Positions 1 through 11,811 are shown, counted from the first letter of the stretch. The stretch: DNA of 64,000 nucleotides from Candidatus Poseidoniales archaeon (GCA_003602515.1 QQSB01000006.1:16234-80233), one strand, 5' to 3'. Notes: generated by a model from the sequence alone, not told the origin. Numbers and translations: made by a program.

Positions 1-443
1 ATCTTGTGATAATCGGCCGCGGCTCTCTGCGAGGGAAGCTAAATCGGTTGGCTTCCAGATTGGGAATTAGCCACCGAGTCACAATAGAGTCCGGGATGGG
101 GTTCGAGCAGATCTCCGAGATGTACAGGATATCTGATTTGGTGATCTACCCGTCATACTACGAGGGCCAGGGGCTGATTCCATTGGAAGCAATGAGTTCT
201 GGTACACCTGTGGTGACCGTCAACCATGGACCATTGCCCGAGATGGTTGATGAAAGCGTTGGAGGACTTTTTGAAATAGGCTCAGTAGAGTCACTTTCCG
301 AGTCCATATGTCACGAGTCGTCTTCTATGGACTCCTTACTCGAGAAAGGTAGAGAGGGAAGGAATAGGGTCTTAGAAAGATTCACTCTCGATGGCAATGC
401 AGAGGACTTCTTGACGGTTTATCGCCGAGCCATATCACAATAA
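1..443 (+). CDS. Glycosyltransferase family 4 (GT-B), 5'-truncated by window edge
   Basis: C-terminal GT4 signature 'SDLVIYPSYYEGQGLIPLEAMSSGTPVV'; the frame is open to the window start. Confidence 0.85.
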   Translation, partial: LVIIGRGSLRGKLNRLASRLGISHRVTIESGMGFEQISEMYRISDLVIYPSYYEGQGLIPLEAMSSGTPVVTVNHGPLPEMVDESVGGLFEIGSVESLSESICHESSSMDSLLEKGREGRNRVLERFTLDGNAEDFLTVYRRAISQ

Positions 444-486
444 CGTCCGGGGAAACTCTTGATTGCTAATCCACCCTCCGCTCATT

Positions 487-1566
487 ATGGAGAGCCGTAT
501 TTCCTCAGTTCGGAGATCGAATAGCGCCACGATAGCTAATTTCGGTATTATAACCCTAGTTGGGTACCTAGTTCTGGTCAATCTGAAGGCTATCCTGATG
601 CCACTTGCAATTGCAGTACTGATTTATTTCCTGATCAGGGCGCCCGAGCAGTACCTTATCGAGAGGTTCGATATCGTCTCTAGAATGCCAATGCTGGCTT
701 ATGGGGTTATACTCGCATTCGGTGCATTGGTATCTTACGGGGTGTCGATTCTGTTGTATCGGAATATCGACCAATTCAAGGACGAGATGAACAAGGACGG
801 TGGACTGATTGACAAATTCGACGAGAAGTGGACGAACCTTGGAGAGGCCAACCTCTATGGTTTGGAAGACGTGATAACAAGCCAGGAGACTATCGAGAAC
901 GTCCTCGACCCACAGAACATCCAGGATTTCGCCACAAACATCCTTGCCGATCTGGCTTCATTCATGACTACCATGGTCACCGTTGCAATTTTCGTCATAT
1001 TCATCATCCTAGAGGAGAAGAGCCTCCCCGGGAGATTCAAGGCTGCCTTCCCAGGTTCCTATGGAAGTGTTCGAGCTATCGTTTCAAACTCCTCAGAGGC
1101 TATTTCCACATATGTGATTTCTAAGGCAACTTGTAGCGCCGGTCAAGCAATCGTACTGGCCTTCCTACTCTGGGCAATGGGGATCCCAGGTTGGTTTTTG
1201 TTCGGGGTTCTATGCTTCCTTCTGGACTTCGTGCCAATTCTCGGGGCTCTTCTTGCCACCATACCTCCGATGATGATCGCCTTGATCGTGCTCGATCCAT
1301 TACAGGCATTGCTTCTCGGAGCACTAATGATCGCCAACCAACAGCTGTTCGGCTCATTCATAGAGCCAAACCTATCTGGTCAGAGGCTAGGGATTTCTCC
1401 ATTGGTCCTACTCCTAACCGTGATGGTCAGTGCTTCGGTCTGGGGCATTTCCGGTGCGATCATCGGCGTCCCAATCATGATCATCGCTAGGATAGCCCTG
1501 GAGGAGGACGAGAGGACTCGCCCAATCGCCCTGATGCTAGCCATGAAGGTTCACGAGGAAGAGTAG
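487..1566 (+). CDS. AI-2E family (PerM/UPF0118) membrane transporter
   Basis: Multi-pass hydrophobic protein with 'FLLDFVPILGA', 'FIEPNLSGQRLGISPL', 'WGISGAIIGVP' motifs; ATG at 487 chosen. Confidence 0.85.
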   Translation: MESRISSVRRSNSATIANFGIITLVGYLVLVNLKAILMPLAIAVLIYFLIRAPEQYLIERFDIVSRMPMLAYGVILAFGALVSYGVSILLYRNIDQFKDEMNKDGGLIDKFDEKWTNLGEANLYGLEDVITSQETIENVLDPQNIQDFATNILADLASFMTTMVTVAIFVIFIILEEKSLPGRFKAAFPGSYGSVRAIVSNSSEAISTYVISKATCSAGQAIVLAFLLWAMGIPGWFLFGVLCFLLDFVPILGALLATIPPMMIALIVLDPLQALLLGALMIANQQLFGSFIEPNLSGQRLGISPLVLLLTVMVSASVWGISGAIIGVPIMIIARIALEEDERTRPIALMLAMKVHEEE

Positions 1567-2172
1567 TCAGCGTCTTGATATGACGACCAGAACCCCTTCC
1601 CCTCTTACAGAAACAAAACCCTCCACTCCCTCATTGTGGAGGCCCCTCGTTGACAGGGCGAGGGACTCCCCTTTCATCTCCCACTTGGAACCTGATATCC
1701 ATACCTTTCCAGGTTCGAGGGCGAAGACAGAGAAAGGCTCACCCTGTGGGATTTCAACTGAAAACTCGCCTTCTTCGGGATGGACTCTAGTCGTCACCCG
1801 ACTCTCATGGTGCATCCTAATGATTGCACCTGGGGGTGCATCGAGCATTGCTGCCCAGTTTCCGAGGATGTGATCGGCCCTCCCCCCATCCACTCCGACT
1901 ACGTCGATCTCAGTGAAACCACGATGGATCAGAAGGGCGAGTGATTTTGCCAGATCACTGGTGTTTTGATCGATCATCTCCACAACCTTCCCCTCCCATT
2001 CACGAGCATCAACTGAATCTAGGTCTCCTAGAACCTCATCAACTTCGACGCCCGACTCAAAGGCCCTGTCAGCACCCCCGTCAACCCCGAAAACGGGTAC
2101 GTCGGACGAGATCACCAAGTCAATGACAGATGAAGGGGGAGTTGAACCGTTGCACCACAGAAACGCCCGCAC
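1567..2172 (-). CDS. thiN: Thiamine pyrophosphokinase
   Basis: 'GVDGGAD', 'GDLDSV', 'DQNTSDLAK', 'GGRADHILGN' motifs. Confidence 0.85.
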   Translation of the reverse strand: MRAFLWCNGSTPPSSVIDLVISSDVPVFGVDGGADRAFESGVEVDEVLGDLDSVDAREWEGKVVEMIDQNTSDLAKSLALLIHRGFTEIDVVGVDGGRADHILGNWAAMLDAPPGAIIRMHHESRVTTRVHPEEGEFSVEIPQGEPFSVFALEPGKVWISGSKWEMKGESLALSTRGLHNEGVEGFVSVRGEGVLVVISRR

Positions 2173-2180
2173 TAATTCAC

Positions 2181-3200
2181 CTACCGAGTAGAAATCTTCC
2201 CTTCAGACACAATAACTGACCCCTCCAAACTAACCTCGGGATCAATCAGGGAACCACGTAGGTGAATCCCGACCCTCGCAGTACCTCCGATGTGCGTGTT
2301 GTCACCGAACCCGAAGTACGATGAGCCCCTCACCACAAGGTCCTCGACCTTGTTCCCCACCAGTTCAGTTGCCTTTGGATTCATGCCAAATCCGAACTCA
2401 GCAACTGTCCACAACTGATCCCTCTTGGAACTCCTCAATCCCAATCGGGCAACATCGAAAACAGATATAATCTGATCAGCTATTTCACCGCCTGAGACAT
2501 CTACTACAACCCCGTCTTCTACTTTGAGTGTCAGCGACTCTTCTAGCATCCTTCCTTCCCATGAACCGTCGATGACGATAGTACCATTCATGCTCCCCTC
2601 CTTGGGTAGGACGAATACCTTCCCTGCCGGCAGATTGGCTATCTGCCCGGGACGGTTGCAAATACCAGTGTCCTCTAGAATCCACCTGTCACCAGTAACG
2701 AACTCGATATCAGTGCCCGCTTCCGACTTGACGCTTACACGCCTCTTCCTCCTGAATACTGCACCCATCCCACTGATCTCCCTTTGTAGGGCGTTGTAGT
2801 CGGCAGTCATCCCACCAGACTCGAATGCGATACTCCCGATTCCAGGCATGGAGACAATCCTGGCTCCCTCCCTTGTGGCTGCTGCCCTTGCCCTTGTGTG
2901 AGTCATCGAGTCCTTGGTAGCGATGATGATTACCCTGTTCTTCCTCATTATGTCGGAGACCGGTAACGGCGGTTCCTTCCCAGTTTTCTGGGTCGGGGGC
3001 ATCATTACCAGGAGGATCCTGTCTGTCACTCTGGAAGCCTCCTCGTACAATGCCTGACCCACGTCTGCCGTATCCGGGTCGGTGATCACCAGGACGTCCT
3101 CCTCCCTCCGGACTTGAAGACACGTACGAATCACCGATCTTGCTGTAGACAGCATCGCCTCCGAGTTTTCGGGACTTCTACTGCCATCCTTGGTGGCCAT
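2181..3200 (-). CDS. M29/aminopeptidase T-like fold protein, probably catalytically degenerate
   Basis: Matches archaeal aminopeptidase layout ('NLPAGKVF', 'GTIVIDGS', 'VAEFGFGMNP', 'FGDNTHIGG') but several metal ligands appear substituted. Confidence 0.7.
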   Translation of the reverse strand: MATKDGSRSPENSEAMLSTARSVIRTCLQVRREEDVLVITDPDTADVGQALYEEASRVTDRILLVMMPPTQKTGKEPPLPVSDIMRKNRVIIIATKDSMTHTRARAAATREGARIVSMPGIGSIAFESGGMTADYNALQREISGMGAVFRRKRRVSVKSEAGTDIEFVTGDRWILEDTGICNRPGQIANLPAGKVFVLPKEGSMNGTIVIDGSWEGRMLEESLTLKVEDGVVVDVSGGEIADQIISVFDVARLGLRSSKRDQLWTVAEFGFGMNPKATELVGNKVEDLVVRGSSYFGFGDNTHIGGTARVGIHLRGSLIDPEVSLEGSVIVSEGKISTR

Positions 3201-3236
3201 AGTGACTATCCCTAGATGGGGTCCAGTATTGATACT

Positions 3237-5177
3237 TCACTCGTCCAGTGAGAGATCCCTGCTGCGATTCGAAATCTCGGCGAAGACGTCTGAGACGAAC
3301 TCCTCCAGGACGACCCCCTTCTTCTGATTGCCACTCCTGCCCCTGATGGAGACGGTTCGATCGCTGGCCTCCTCGTCCCCAAGGATCACCATGTAAGCGG
3401 GACGTGTCTTCCTGTGTGTCCTGATTTTCTTTCCGATTGTGTTGTCTGAGTCGTCTACTTGAACCCTGACTCCAGCCACATCAAGAGCCTCCCTTACCTG
3501 CTCGGCGTACTGCTTATGCTTCTCCGAGATAGTGATGATCTGCACCTGAACTGGAGACAGCCAGATTGGAAAGTTCCCTGCCCAGTGTTCGGTTAGGAAG
3601 GCAACAAACCTCTCATGCGTGGAAAGGGGTGCTCTGTGGATGACGAAGACCTCACCATTTTCGGCTCCAGTCTCATCAGTGTAGGTAAGCCCAAAGCGCT
3701 CCTTGGCCGCGAAGTCTAGTTGGATTGTCGACATCGACTCCTCCCTGCCAAGAAGGGTCCTGAACTGAATGTCTATCTTGGGCCCGTAGAAAGCCGCTTC
3801 TCCGACAGCCTCGACGTATTCGACCCCGAGGTCATCGAGAATTTCCCTAAGATGGTCCTGGGTGGACTTCCAGTTCTCAGGCTGATCGATATACTTCTCC
3901 GTGTTGTCAGGATCCCACAGAGAGAGTCTGAAGTGATAGTCGTCAAAACCGAAGACTGAGTAGTATTCTTGCACCATCCTAACATTGTCGGCTACTTCGG
4001 AAGCCACCTGGTCCAGAGTACAGTAGATATGGGCGTCATTCATCGACAGCATCCTGACCCTTAGCAAGCCAGAGAGAGTTCCGGACAATTCGTTCCTGTA
4101 TACTGTGCCATACTCTGCTATCCTCATCGGTAACTCTCGGTAAGACCGCTTCTCGTTCTGGAATATTCTATGGTGAAATGGGCAATTCATAGCCTTCAAT
4201 GCATAGGATCCATCATCCATTTCCATTAGGGGATACATCCCATCAGCGTAGTGAGGAAGGTGGCCGCTGGTCTCGAACAGCTCCTTCTTACCAAGGACAG
4301 GAGTCGTCACCCTGACGTACCCATAGGCCTCCTCGGTCTCGATTGCGAAATTCTCTATTTCGGACTTGAGCGATTCACCATTTGGAAGCCAAACAGGGAG
4401 GCCCTTACCTATCATTTCGTCAATCATGTAGAGCCTCATCTCCTTGCCGATCTTCTTGTGGTCTCTCCTGGAAGCCTCCTCGATCTGCCTCTCCCTCTCT
4501 CTCAGGCCATCTTTGGAGTCGTAGCACATGCCGTAGATTCTGACCAATCCCTCTCTTTCCTTGTCCGCTCTCCAATAGGCCTGACTAGTGCTTGTTAGTT
4601 TGAACCATCTCAATTGGGAGGTCCGGGAAACATGAGGTCCTCTGCACAGGTCCACGAACTCACCTTGACGGTATGCGGATGAGCCGACATCATGACCAAT
4701 CTTGTCATCCATGATCTCCAATTTGAACGGATTCGATGAGAACATATCCCTCAGGGACTCGTTGTCAAGCTCCTCTCTGTCTATGGTGATGTTCTGCTTG
4801 ACCAGCTCTCTCATCCGCTTCTCTATCTCACGTAGCCCATCATCACCAATAGGGTCCATGTGGAAGTCATAGTAGAATCCGTGTTCTATAGGGGGGCCAA
4901 TTGTTGGCTTTGCTTCCGGGTAAAGTTGAGTCACGGCTTGAGCAAGTAGGTGGGCGCAGCTGTGCCTCAGGATGTACAAACCCTCCTCCGAGCTCCCAAG
5001 GATTGGCTCGACCTTACAGTCTCCCTCAAGAGAGTAGGACATGTCCCTCTCTTCTCCGTCTACCAACGCAGCTACGGCTCCGGACTTCCTACCGTGTACG
5101 TTTTTGATAACTTCTCCAGCACTGATTCCACTCGCATACTCATGCGCGCCCTCGTCGCCCACGTCAACAGAAATCAT
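3237..5177 (-). CDS. thrS: Threonyl-tRNA synthetase, bacterial-type (TGS plus editing domain)
   Basis: 'LRHSCAHLLAQA', 'DLCRGPHV', 'KAMNCPFH', 'YRNELSG', 'AAFYGPKID', 'IHRA'; start at ATG 5177 (alternative 5189). Confidence 0.95.
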   Translation of the reverse strand: MISVDVGDEGAHEYASGISAGEVIKNVHGRKSGAVAALVDGEERDMSYSLEGDCKVEPILGSSEEGLYILRHSCAHLLAQAVTQLYPEAKPTIGPPIEHGFYYDFHMDPIGDDGLREIEKRMRELVKQNITIDREELDNESLRDMFSSNPFKLEIMDDKIGHDVGSSAYRQGEFVDLCRGPHVSRTSQLRWFKLTSTSQAYWRADKEREGLVRIYGMCYDSKDGLRERERQIEEASRRDHKKIGKEMRLYMIDEMIGKGLPVWLPNGESLKSEIENFAIETEEAYGYVRVTTPVLGKKELFETSGHLPHYADGMYPLMEMDDGSYALKAMNCPFHHRIFQNEKRSYRELPMRIAEYGTVYRNELSGTLSGLLRVRMLSMNDAHIYCTLDQVASEVADNVRMVQEYYSVFGFDDYHFRLSLWDPDNTEKYIDQPENWKSTQDHLREILDDLGVEYVEAVGEAAFYGPKIDIQFRTLLGREESMSTIQLDFAAKERFGLTYTDETGAENGEVFVIHRAPLSTHERFVAFLTEHWAGNFPIWLSPVQVQIITISEKHKQYAEQVREALDVAGVRVQVDDSDNTIGKKIRTHRKTRPAYMVILGDEEASDRTVSIRGRSGNQKKGVVLEEFVSDVFAEISNRSRDLSLDE

Positions 5178-5254
5178 CCCCACTGGCATCCCTCTTCGGT
5201 TCGCCGACGTCCAGTCGATATGAAGGCCTTGGCAGGATTTTGGATACGGGGGCA

Positions 5255-6163
5255 TTATTCAATGACGATTTGCGTACCCGAAGTACCTTCCACCATTCCG
5301 GATATTTCAGAGAGAGAGCCGATTACGGCTCGCTCACCAGTCCTATGCACGAAATCACATGCAGCCTCGACCTTTGGTCCCATAGAGCCTGATTCAAATT
5401 TTCTTCCAGACATTTCCTCCGGGGTAGCCCGTTGGATCAGCACTGCTTCATCGCTCCCCCAATTGTCGTAAACGCCATCTGCATCAGTGGCGAGGATCAG
5501 CAATCTAGCCCCCAGCTGTCTTGCAAGCAGCGCACTTGCCCGATCTTTGTCTATGACTACCTCGACCCCTTCTAGAACTCCTTCTGAGTTGTAAGCAGTA
5601 GGAATTCCCCCACCACCCGCGCAGATTACAACAACCCCCTTCTCCAGAAGCCAGTGAATGGGCCTTAACTCGAAAATCCTGTGAGGTTCGGGAGAGGGGA
5701 CAACTCTCCTCCATCCCGCACCGTCTCTTGCTATCGACCACCCCTTCTCCTTGGAGATTCTCCGTGCCTCATCCTCAGCGTAAACAAGACCGATCGGTTT
5801 GGTGGGATTCTGGAATGCGGGATCGTCAGGATCTACCTCCACCATTGTCAGAATTGTCGCGAAAGCAGACTCCGTCGGCATCATGTTTCCAAGCTCCTGC
5901 TCGATGTAGTATCCGAGCATCCCCTCGGTCTGAGCACCGAGGACATCCAATGGGTACTCCTCAACTTCCTTGTACGATGCGGACTGCAATGCAAGAAGAC
6001 CCACTTGGGGGCCATTACCATGCGTGATAACTAACTGGCACTTCTCTGCCAGGGGGGCAAGGGCCTTGCAAGCAGATCTCACATTCCTCCTCTGATTCTC
6101 CGAGGTTGGCTCCTCCCCCCTCTTGAGAAGCGCGTTTCCACCTAGTGCCACCACGACCCTCAT
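5255..6163 (-). CDS. arcC: Carbamate kinase
   Basis: 'VVALGGNAL', 'THGNGPQVG', 'PTKPIG', 'GGGGIP', 'VIDKD', '[10 protein letters not shown]'; start at ATG 6163. Confidence 0.93.
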   Translation of the reverse strand: MRVVVALGGNALLKRGEEPTSENQRRNVRSACKALAPLAEKCQLVITHGNGPQVGLLALQSASYKEVEEYPLDVLGAQTEGMLGYYIEQELGNMMPTESAFATILTMVEVDPDDPAFQNPTKPIGLVYAEDEARRISKEKGWSIARDGAGWRRVVPSPEPHRIFELRPIHWLLEKGVVVICAGGGGIPTAYNSEGVLEGVEVVIDKDRASALLARQLGARLLILATDADGVYDNWGSDEAVLIQRATPEEMSGRKFESGSMGPKVEAACDFVHRTGERAVIGSLSEISGMVEGTSGTQIVIE

Positions 6164-6216
6164 TGAACAGTGTCCCGAGCGTGAACCGATAAGAACACGC
6201 TCCCTCTGGGCCATGC

Positions 6217-7365
6217 ATGGTGCGCGTCGGAATTCTAGCAAATCCCGATGCAGGCTTGGGCGGAAGACTCGGTCTCAAAGGATCGGACGGACAGGCTGAG
6301 TTGGCTCGTTCAAAGGGAGCGGAGGATAGGTCCGGACCACGCCTAGAATCCATGCTTAGGCACTTCTCCAGGATCCATCGAGGAGAATCAAGTCAGATAG
6401 AGTGGATTACCAGTTCGGGCAGGATGGGTACTGAGTGGATACCAGTCGATCTCGAGATCGGGGCAATTTCCGAGGTTCATCAATCCCCGGGGGAGACCTC
6501 AGCATCCGATACCCAAGATGCGGTTGCAAGGTTACTTGAGGCTGGGATTGACCTGCTAGTATACTCTGGCGGAGATGGAACAACAAGGGACATTGTCGCG
6601 TCACTATCAGGTTCAGAAACGCCCGAACTACCGGTGATAGGAGTTCCTTCTGGGGTGAAGATGCACTCCGGTTGCTTCGCCAGTTCTCCGAAGGCAGCTG
6701 CCGAGGTCCTCTCAGCTTGGATCCATGGGGATCTACTAGTTTCTTCCACCGAAGTCCTTGATTTGGACGAGGACCTCTACAGAAAGGGGAAATGGGTAGT
6801 GAGGCTCTATGCCGAGGCATTTTCTCCAAATTCCCCTAGATGGATGCAGGGCTCCAAAGAGCTGATTCAGACAGAATCCGAGGATGAAATAATCATCGGA
6901 CTTTCAGATCATATCAGGGAATCAATAGTGGAAGATGGACGCCTAGTGATATGGGGCTCGGGGGGGACTCTCAGAGAGATAGGCGGAAATATTGGCTTCG
7001 AATTGACGACACTTGGGATCGATGCGACAATCGGTTCAGAGCAGGTTGGGACGGATCTAGCAGAATCTGGCCTCATCGAGATTCTTGATTCCCATGAGGG
7101 GCCAGTCACTCTCCTGCTCTCTCCTATGGGTGGCCAAGGATTCCTGATCGGCAGGGGGAATCTGCAACTATCTCCTACAGTCCTCAGTTCGATCGGGATT
7201 GACAATATCATCGGGGTGGTGACTCCCGCAAAACTCCTCACTGTCAGATCGCTGAGGATTGAGACAGGAGACGACTCCCTGGATCAAGAATTCAGTGCCA
7301 AGAGGTACATGAAGGTGCTTCAGGGGTATAGGACGACCAGGATACTTCCAGTTTCAGTCGATTAG
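6217..7365 (+). CDS. ATP/polyP-dependent NAD kinase-like protein (COG3199/AcoX-like)
   Basis: '[17 protein letters not shown]', 'GGDGTTRD', '[11 protein letters not shown]', '[13 protein letters not shown]'. Confidence 0.8.
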   Translation: MVRVGILANPDAGLGGRLGLKGSDGQAELARSKGAEDRSGPRLESMLRHFSRIHRGESSQIEWITSSGRMGTEWIPVDLEIGAISEVHQSPGETSASDTQDAVARLLEAGIDLLVYSGGDGTTRDIVASLSGSETPELPVIGVPSGVKMHSGCFASSPKAAAEVLSAWIHGDLLVSSTEVLDLDEDLYRKGKWVVRLYAEAFSPNSPRWMQGSKELIQTESEDEIIIGLSDHIRESIVEDGRLVIWGSGGTLREIGGNIGFELTTLGIDATIGSEQVGTDLAESGLIEILDSHEGPVTLLLSPMGGQGFLIGRGNLQLSPTVLSSIGIDNIIGVVTPAKLLTVRSLRIETGDDSLDQEFSAKRYMKVLQGYRTTRILPVSVD

Positions 7366-9050
7366 ACTTCCATCCCCGAAGCCGCCATCAGGAGTCCCAG
7401 GAAAGGGGGACTCGGCCTACCAGGCCTCGACTTGAACTCAGGATGGTACTGAGTGCCGACGAAATACGGGTGTCCTTCTAGCTCCATGATCTCGCACCTC
7501 TCTCCGGTCTCGTCCTTGCCTACAAATACAAGCCCCGACTCCTCTATTTCCTTTATCAGATCAGGATTCACCTCGTACCTGTGCCTGTGCCTCTCATCAA
7601 CATGGTCAGCTCCTCCGTAAAGGCGCTTTATTTTGCAGTCATCCACAAGGAATGGGGTCGGTTTCGTCCCCAGCCTCATCGTGCCTCCCATATGCGTCTT
7701 CGATATCTCAGGCATGAAGACTACAGCCGCGTGAGGGGGCTCTTCATCGAATTCTGTTGAATTCGCACCTTCGAGGCCCAATACGTTCCTGCAGAACTCT
7801 ATTGTCGCCACCTGCAATCCTAGGCAAACGCCCAGATATGGAACGCTATTCTCCCTAGCATACTCTGCCGCCTTTATCTTCCCCTCGATGCCCCTGATTC
7901 CGAACCCTCCAGGTACCAGGATACCATCCGCTGCCTTGAGCAGGTCCCACGCCCGTTCATATGACTCTAGATCTGTCTTCTTCGCGTCTTCGTCTAGTAC
8001 CGAAGACTCGATCCAATCGATGACAAGCTTCCTATCGACCTTGAAAGATGCATGCTGAAGTGCTTTGATAATACTGAGGTATGAGTCCGAGAGATCAGTG
8101 TACTTACCCGCAACTGCTATGTGAACTTCTTCTGCATCCTCCAAGGAGTCGACATGATCGGCTAAATCCTTCCAGTCTTCCAGCAACCTCCTGTTTGACG
8201 AGAGTTTGAAGCCAAATCTCTCCGAGAGCATCTTTGTGACGCCCTGAGACTCCATCATAATCGGGACTTGGTAGATATTAGAAACATCGTGCGCTGATAT
8301 CACTGCCTCAGGAGGCACATGACAGAATGCTGAGATCTTCTGACGTGTTTCGTCAATCAACGGACTCTTCGATCTGCAAACCAGCATATGGGGATTTATC
8401 CCAAGGCCTCTGAGGTCCTTCACCGTGTGCTGCGTCGGCTTGGTCTTCTGCTCTCCGACTGGGCCCATTACCGGAATTAGGCTAACGTGGACGAAGCAAA
8501 CGTTCTCCTGCCCGACTCTGAATTGGAACTGCCTCAAAGCTTCGACGAAAGGAGCACTTTCGATGTCCCCCACAGTACCTCCCAACTCAATCACACAGGC
8601 ATCCGGCTCCTTCCCGTTGCCATCGCTGGGGGTGTGGGCAACCCTCTCAATCCAGTCCTGGATCTCATTTGTGATATGGGGGATGACCTGGACAGTCTTG
8701 CCCAGGTAGTCCCCCCTCCTCTCCCTCTCAATCACGCTTTCATACACCTTTCCTGTGGTGATGTTGTTCTCTTTCGTCAGACACACGTCGAGGAACCTCT
8801 CGTAGTTTCCGAGGTCTAGATCAACTTCCCCACCATCATCCAGTACGAATACCTCGCCGTGTTCGAATGGCGACATAGTGCCTGCATCCGTATTCAGATA
8901 GGGATCAATCTTGATTGCAGTCACTCTCAGTCCTGCGCTTTTGAGTAAAACACCTATGCTACTTGCAGTCACTCCTTTCCCCAATCCGGAGAGCACCCCA
9001 CCCGTCACTACGACATACTTCATCTCATCAACGGGGTCAGAATCAGTCAC
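7362..9050 (-). CDS. pyrG: CTP synthase
   Basis: '[12 protein letters not shown]', 'KIDPYLN', 'KTKPTQH', GATase 'GVCLGLQ', 'RHRHRYEVN', 'QYHPEF'; start at GTG 9050 or ATG 9023. Confidence 0.97.
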   Translation of the reverse strand: MTDSDPVDEMKYVVVTGGVLSGLGKGVTASSIGVLLKSAGLRVTAIKIDPYLNTDAGTMSPFEHGEVFVLDDGGEVDLDLGNYERFLDVCLTKENNITTGKVYESVIERERRGDYLGKTVQVIPHITNEIQDWIERVAHTPSDGNGKEPDACVIELGGTVGDIESAPFVEALRQFQFRVGQENVCFVHVSLIPVMGPVGEQKTKPTQHTVKDLRGLGINPHMLVCRSKSPLIDETRQKISAFCHVPPEAVISAHDVSNIYQVPIMMESQGVTKMLSERFGFKLSSNRRLLEDWKDLADHVDSLEDAEEVHIAVAGKYTDLSDSYLSIIKALQHASFKVDRKLVIDWIESSVLDEDAKKTDLESYERAWDLLKAADGILVPGGFGIRGIEGKIKAAEYARENSVPYLGVCLGLQVATIEFCRNVLGLEGANSTEFDEEPPHAAVVFMPEISKTHMGGTMRLGTKPTPFLVDDCKIKRLYGGADHVDERHRHRYEVNPDLIKEIEESGLVFVGKDETGERCEIMELEGHPYFVGTQYHPEFKSRPGRPSPPFLGLLMAASGMEV

Positions 9051-9130
9051 CCATCCCCTATCAACATTGGCTACAAAAAACCTGTTTGCCTTTTCTTTAA
9101 TTTCAAGTAGCGTCAGATTTACCGTCGCAC

Positions 9131-10087
9131 ATGCCGGGTACATCGGGAGACAAAGTGCTCGTCACTGGAGCCTTGGGTCAGATTGGTACTGACTTGGTTC
9201 AGGCTCTGCGAGAAAGACACGGAAGTGAATCTGTAATCGCCTCTGATATCAGGGATGCGGAAGGGCACCCATCAGTAGAAGAAGGTCCATTCGTCACTCT
9301 AGATGTCCTTGACACCGACGAGATTTCCAGAATCTGCCAGAACCATGGAGTCGGTACGATTTACCATCTCGCTGCGCTTCTCTCTGCAGTCGGAGAGCGT
9401 GACCCAGATTTGTGTCGAAGGATCAATGTGGGCGGGACAATTTCAGTCTTGGAGGCTGCCAAGGAATGCAATCTGAGAGTCTACTCGCCGTCATCGATAG
9501 CTGTTTTCGGACCAGATTCTCCTAGGCATGCCACTCAGGATTCTCCGCTAAACCCCACAACGGTTTACGGCGAGACCAAGGTAACCGGAGAGGCCCTAGC
9601 CCGGGAATACCTTGAACGATTCAATGTCGATACACGTGGTATCAGATATCCCGGCTTGATCTCCTACAGGGCTCCCGCTGGAGGGGGGACCACTGACTAC
9701 GCTGTGGAAATTTTCCATGCCGCTTTGAATGAAGGACACTACCAATGTTTTGTCCGTCCAGACACCCGGCTTCCGATGTTATACATGGACGATGCAATCA
9801 ATGCCACCCTATCTCTGATGGACTCGGACGAAGGGGATCTTGGCGATTCCCGATCAGGATACAACATCCCTTGCCTGTCTTTCTCAGCCGGGGAACTAGT
9901 GGATGCAATTTCAGATAGGGTCGAGGGTTTCACTTGCGATTTCGTTCCAGACGTCAGGCAGGAATACGCCGACTCGTGGCCAGACTCGATAGACGGCTCT
10001 ATTGCAGAGGAGGATTGGGGTTGGACGCCGGAGTTCGACCTCATATCCTTGGTTGATGAGATGCTAAGTGGAATCTCTGGCCGCTAG
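9131..10087 (+). CDS. SDR-type L-threonine 3-dehydrogenase / NAD-dependent epimerase-dehydratase
   Basis: 'VTGALGQIG', '[11 protein letters not shown]', 'PSSIAVFG', YxxxK 'YGETK', 'GGGTTDYAV'. Confidence 0.85.
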   Translation: MPGTSGDKVLVTGALGQIGTDLVQALRERHGSESVIASDIRDAEGHPSVEEGPFVTLDVLDTDEISRICQNHGVGTIYHLAALLSAVGERDPDLCRRINVGGTISVLEAAKECNLRVYSPSSIAVFGPDSPRHATQDSPLNPTTVYGETKVTGEALAREYLERFNVDTRGIRYPGLISYRAPAGGGTTDYAVEIFHAALNEGHYQCFVRPDTRLPMLYMDDAINATLSLMDSDEGDLGDSRSGYNIPCLSFSAGELVDAISDRVEGFTCDFVPDVRQEYADSWPDSIDGSIAEEDWGWTPEFDLISLVDEMLSGISGR

Positions 10088-11676
10088 ATCTCTTCTTCGC
10101 CTTCCCAATCTGGGGTGCTCGGGTCAGTTCGGGCCCAGAGTACATCATCGATTCTAAGAACGCCGATTGCGGCTTCGGTTGCACCAGAAAGAGCGTGCTT
10201 AACTACGAATTCAGTATCCAGTACTCCCATCTCCCCCATATCGCAGTTCTTCCCGCTCTGGAGATCGAAACCAATCCAAGCGCCGGACTCCCTCTGATCT
10301 GCCGATAGTGAGAGGATCACCTCCACAGGGTCTCTACCGGCATTTTCTGCAAGAATCCTTGGAATCGACTCAAGCGCTGAAGCATACGCCTCAATGGCAA
10401 GTTGCTCTCTACCCGACAGCGTCTGTGAGAATGACCTCAGGTGCCTTGCAAGATGGGACTGAATTGCACCCCCGCCAGGAAGGACCCCAGGTCTGCTGTT
10501 GAGCCGATGCGCCACGCCAATGGCATCGTCGAAAATCCTGATCGCCTCTTCCCTAACCGCTGGGGAGGAACCTCTGACGACCAGAGTCATCCCCCCGCCG
10601 TCACCTTCTATCAGGGTGTGCTTAACATCTGAAATTCTCTCTTCCCCTCTCTTCGAATAAGTCCCTAGGTCCTCATCTCCCAGAGCACTTACGCTTCTTG
10701 CCGGCCTAGCTCCAGTTATCCTGGATAATAGGTCCATGTCGCTCCTCTCGAATCTTCGGTATGCCACGATTCCCGCCTTTGTCATTAGAGAAATCGCTTC
10801 GTCGTCGATCCCGTCCCTGACTACCAGAAGGTCGACACCGAGTGATGAGAGGTGCGTCACTTGCTTTTGCATGTTCTCCCTAGATCTTTCATGGAATTCC
10901 TGCATTATTCCGAGGCTGCTTACCTCGATCGATGCATCAGTCTCCAGCTTGGCATGTTCCAAACCACCGTCAATGATCGCAACAACCCCTCCATCGGAAT
11001 TCTCTGGACTGGTTGCATCGACCCTTGACTTTAGAAGCATCAATCCATTGACCAAGGATGAGTCCATGACGTTGCCCTCTCTAATCTGGAGACGTTTGAC
11101 AACCATCCTTTCCAGATCGTCCCCACCTTCCAAATCCACCAGACCATCTGCCGCCTCGACAGCTAGGCCTGCAATCAGACCGCACACTGAAGAGTCCCCC
11201 TTCCCTTGGAGAGAAGTCCTAACGACCTGAGACTTTTGCTCTTCATCCGATTCCCTCGAGACCTTCTCAGTCTCCTTTATCGACTCCTCCAGTGCAATCG
11301 AGTACCCGTTCACGATAATTGAGGGATGAACCCCCATTCTAACTAGTTCCAGAGCGTTCTGCAGCATCTCTGCAACAAGCAGGACAGTAGTAGTAGTCCC
11401 GTCCCTAGCAGCCCTATCCTGAGATGATGAGGCATCGATAAGCAGCCTAGCTGTGGGATGTTCCACATTTGCCTTTTCTAGAACGGTGACGCCATCATTT
11501 GTAACCAACGCCGACCCATCACCGTCAACAAGCATTTTGTCCAGCCCCTTCGGACCTAGGGTTGAACGAATCGCCCCAGCAAGAGATGAAGCAGCCTTGA
11601 CGTTGTTCACCAGAGCTGTCCTACCATGGATTCTATCCGTATCCTCCAGAGCTACATCGTGATCAGACTCGACCAT
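10084..11676 (-). CDS. Divergent group II chaperonin (thermosome-like subunit)
   Basis: '[13 protein letters not shown]', 'VTNDGVTVL', 'DGTTTT', 'PGGGA', 'LRIDD'; start at ATG 11676. Confidence 0.88.
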   Translation of the reverse strand: MVESDHDVALEDTDRIHGRTALVNNVKAASSLAGAIRSTLGPKGLDKMLVDGDGSALVTNDGVTVLEKANVEHPTARLLIDASSSQDRAARDGTTTTVLLVAEMLQNALELVRMGVHPSIIVNGYSIALEESIKETEKVSRESDEEQKSQVVRTSLQGKGDSSVCGLIAGLAVEAADGLVDLEGGDDLERMVVKRLQIREGNVMDSSLVNGLMLLKSRVDATSPENSDGGVVAIIDGGLEHAKLETDASIEVSSLGIMQEFHERSRENMQKQVTHLSSLGVDLLVVRDGIDDEAISLMTKAGIVAYRRFERSDMDLLSRITGARPARSVSALGDEDLGTYSKRGEERISDVKHTLIEGDGGGMTLVVRGSSPAVREEAIRIFDDAIGVAHRLNSRPGVLPGGGAIQSHLARHLRSFSQTLSGREQLAIEAYASALESIPRILAENAGRDPVEVILSLSADQRESGAWIGFDLQSGKNCDMGEMGVLDTEFVVKHALSGATEAAIGVLRIDDVLWARTDPSTPDWEGEEEI

Positions 11677-11811
11677 CTGTGCCCTTCCAACCAAGCCTCT
11701 GTTTTCAATACGCTCATACCCATTCAACCTCATTAATCTCGAAGTGCATCCGTTCCATTCAAATACCACCCATCTTTCCCACTATACAACTAGAGGTTGA
11801 TTAGTGATATT

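Noticed and set aside
3237-5177. Bacterial-type ThrRS as a novelty or contamination sign
   Set aside because: Bacterial-type ThrRS is already known in Thermoplasmata, and the surrounding genes are clearly archaeal
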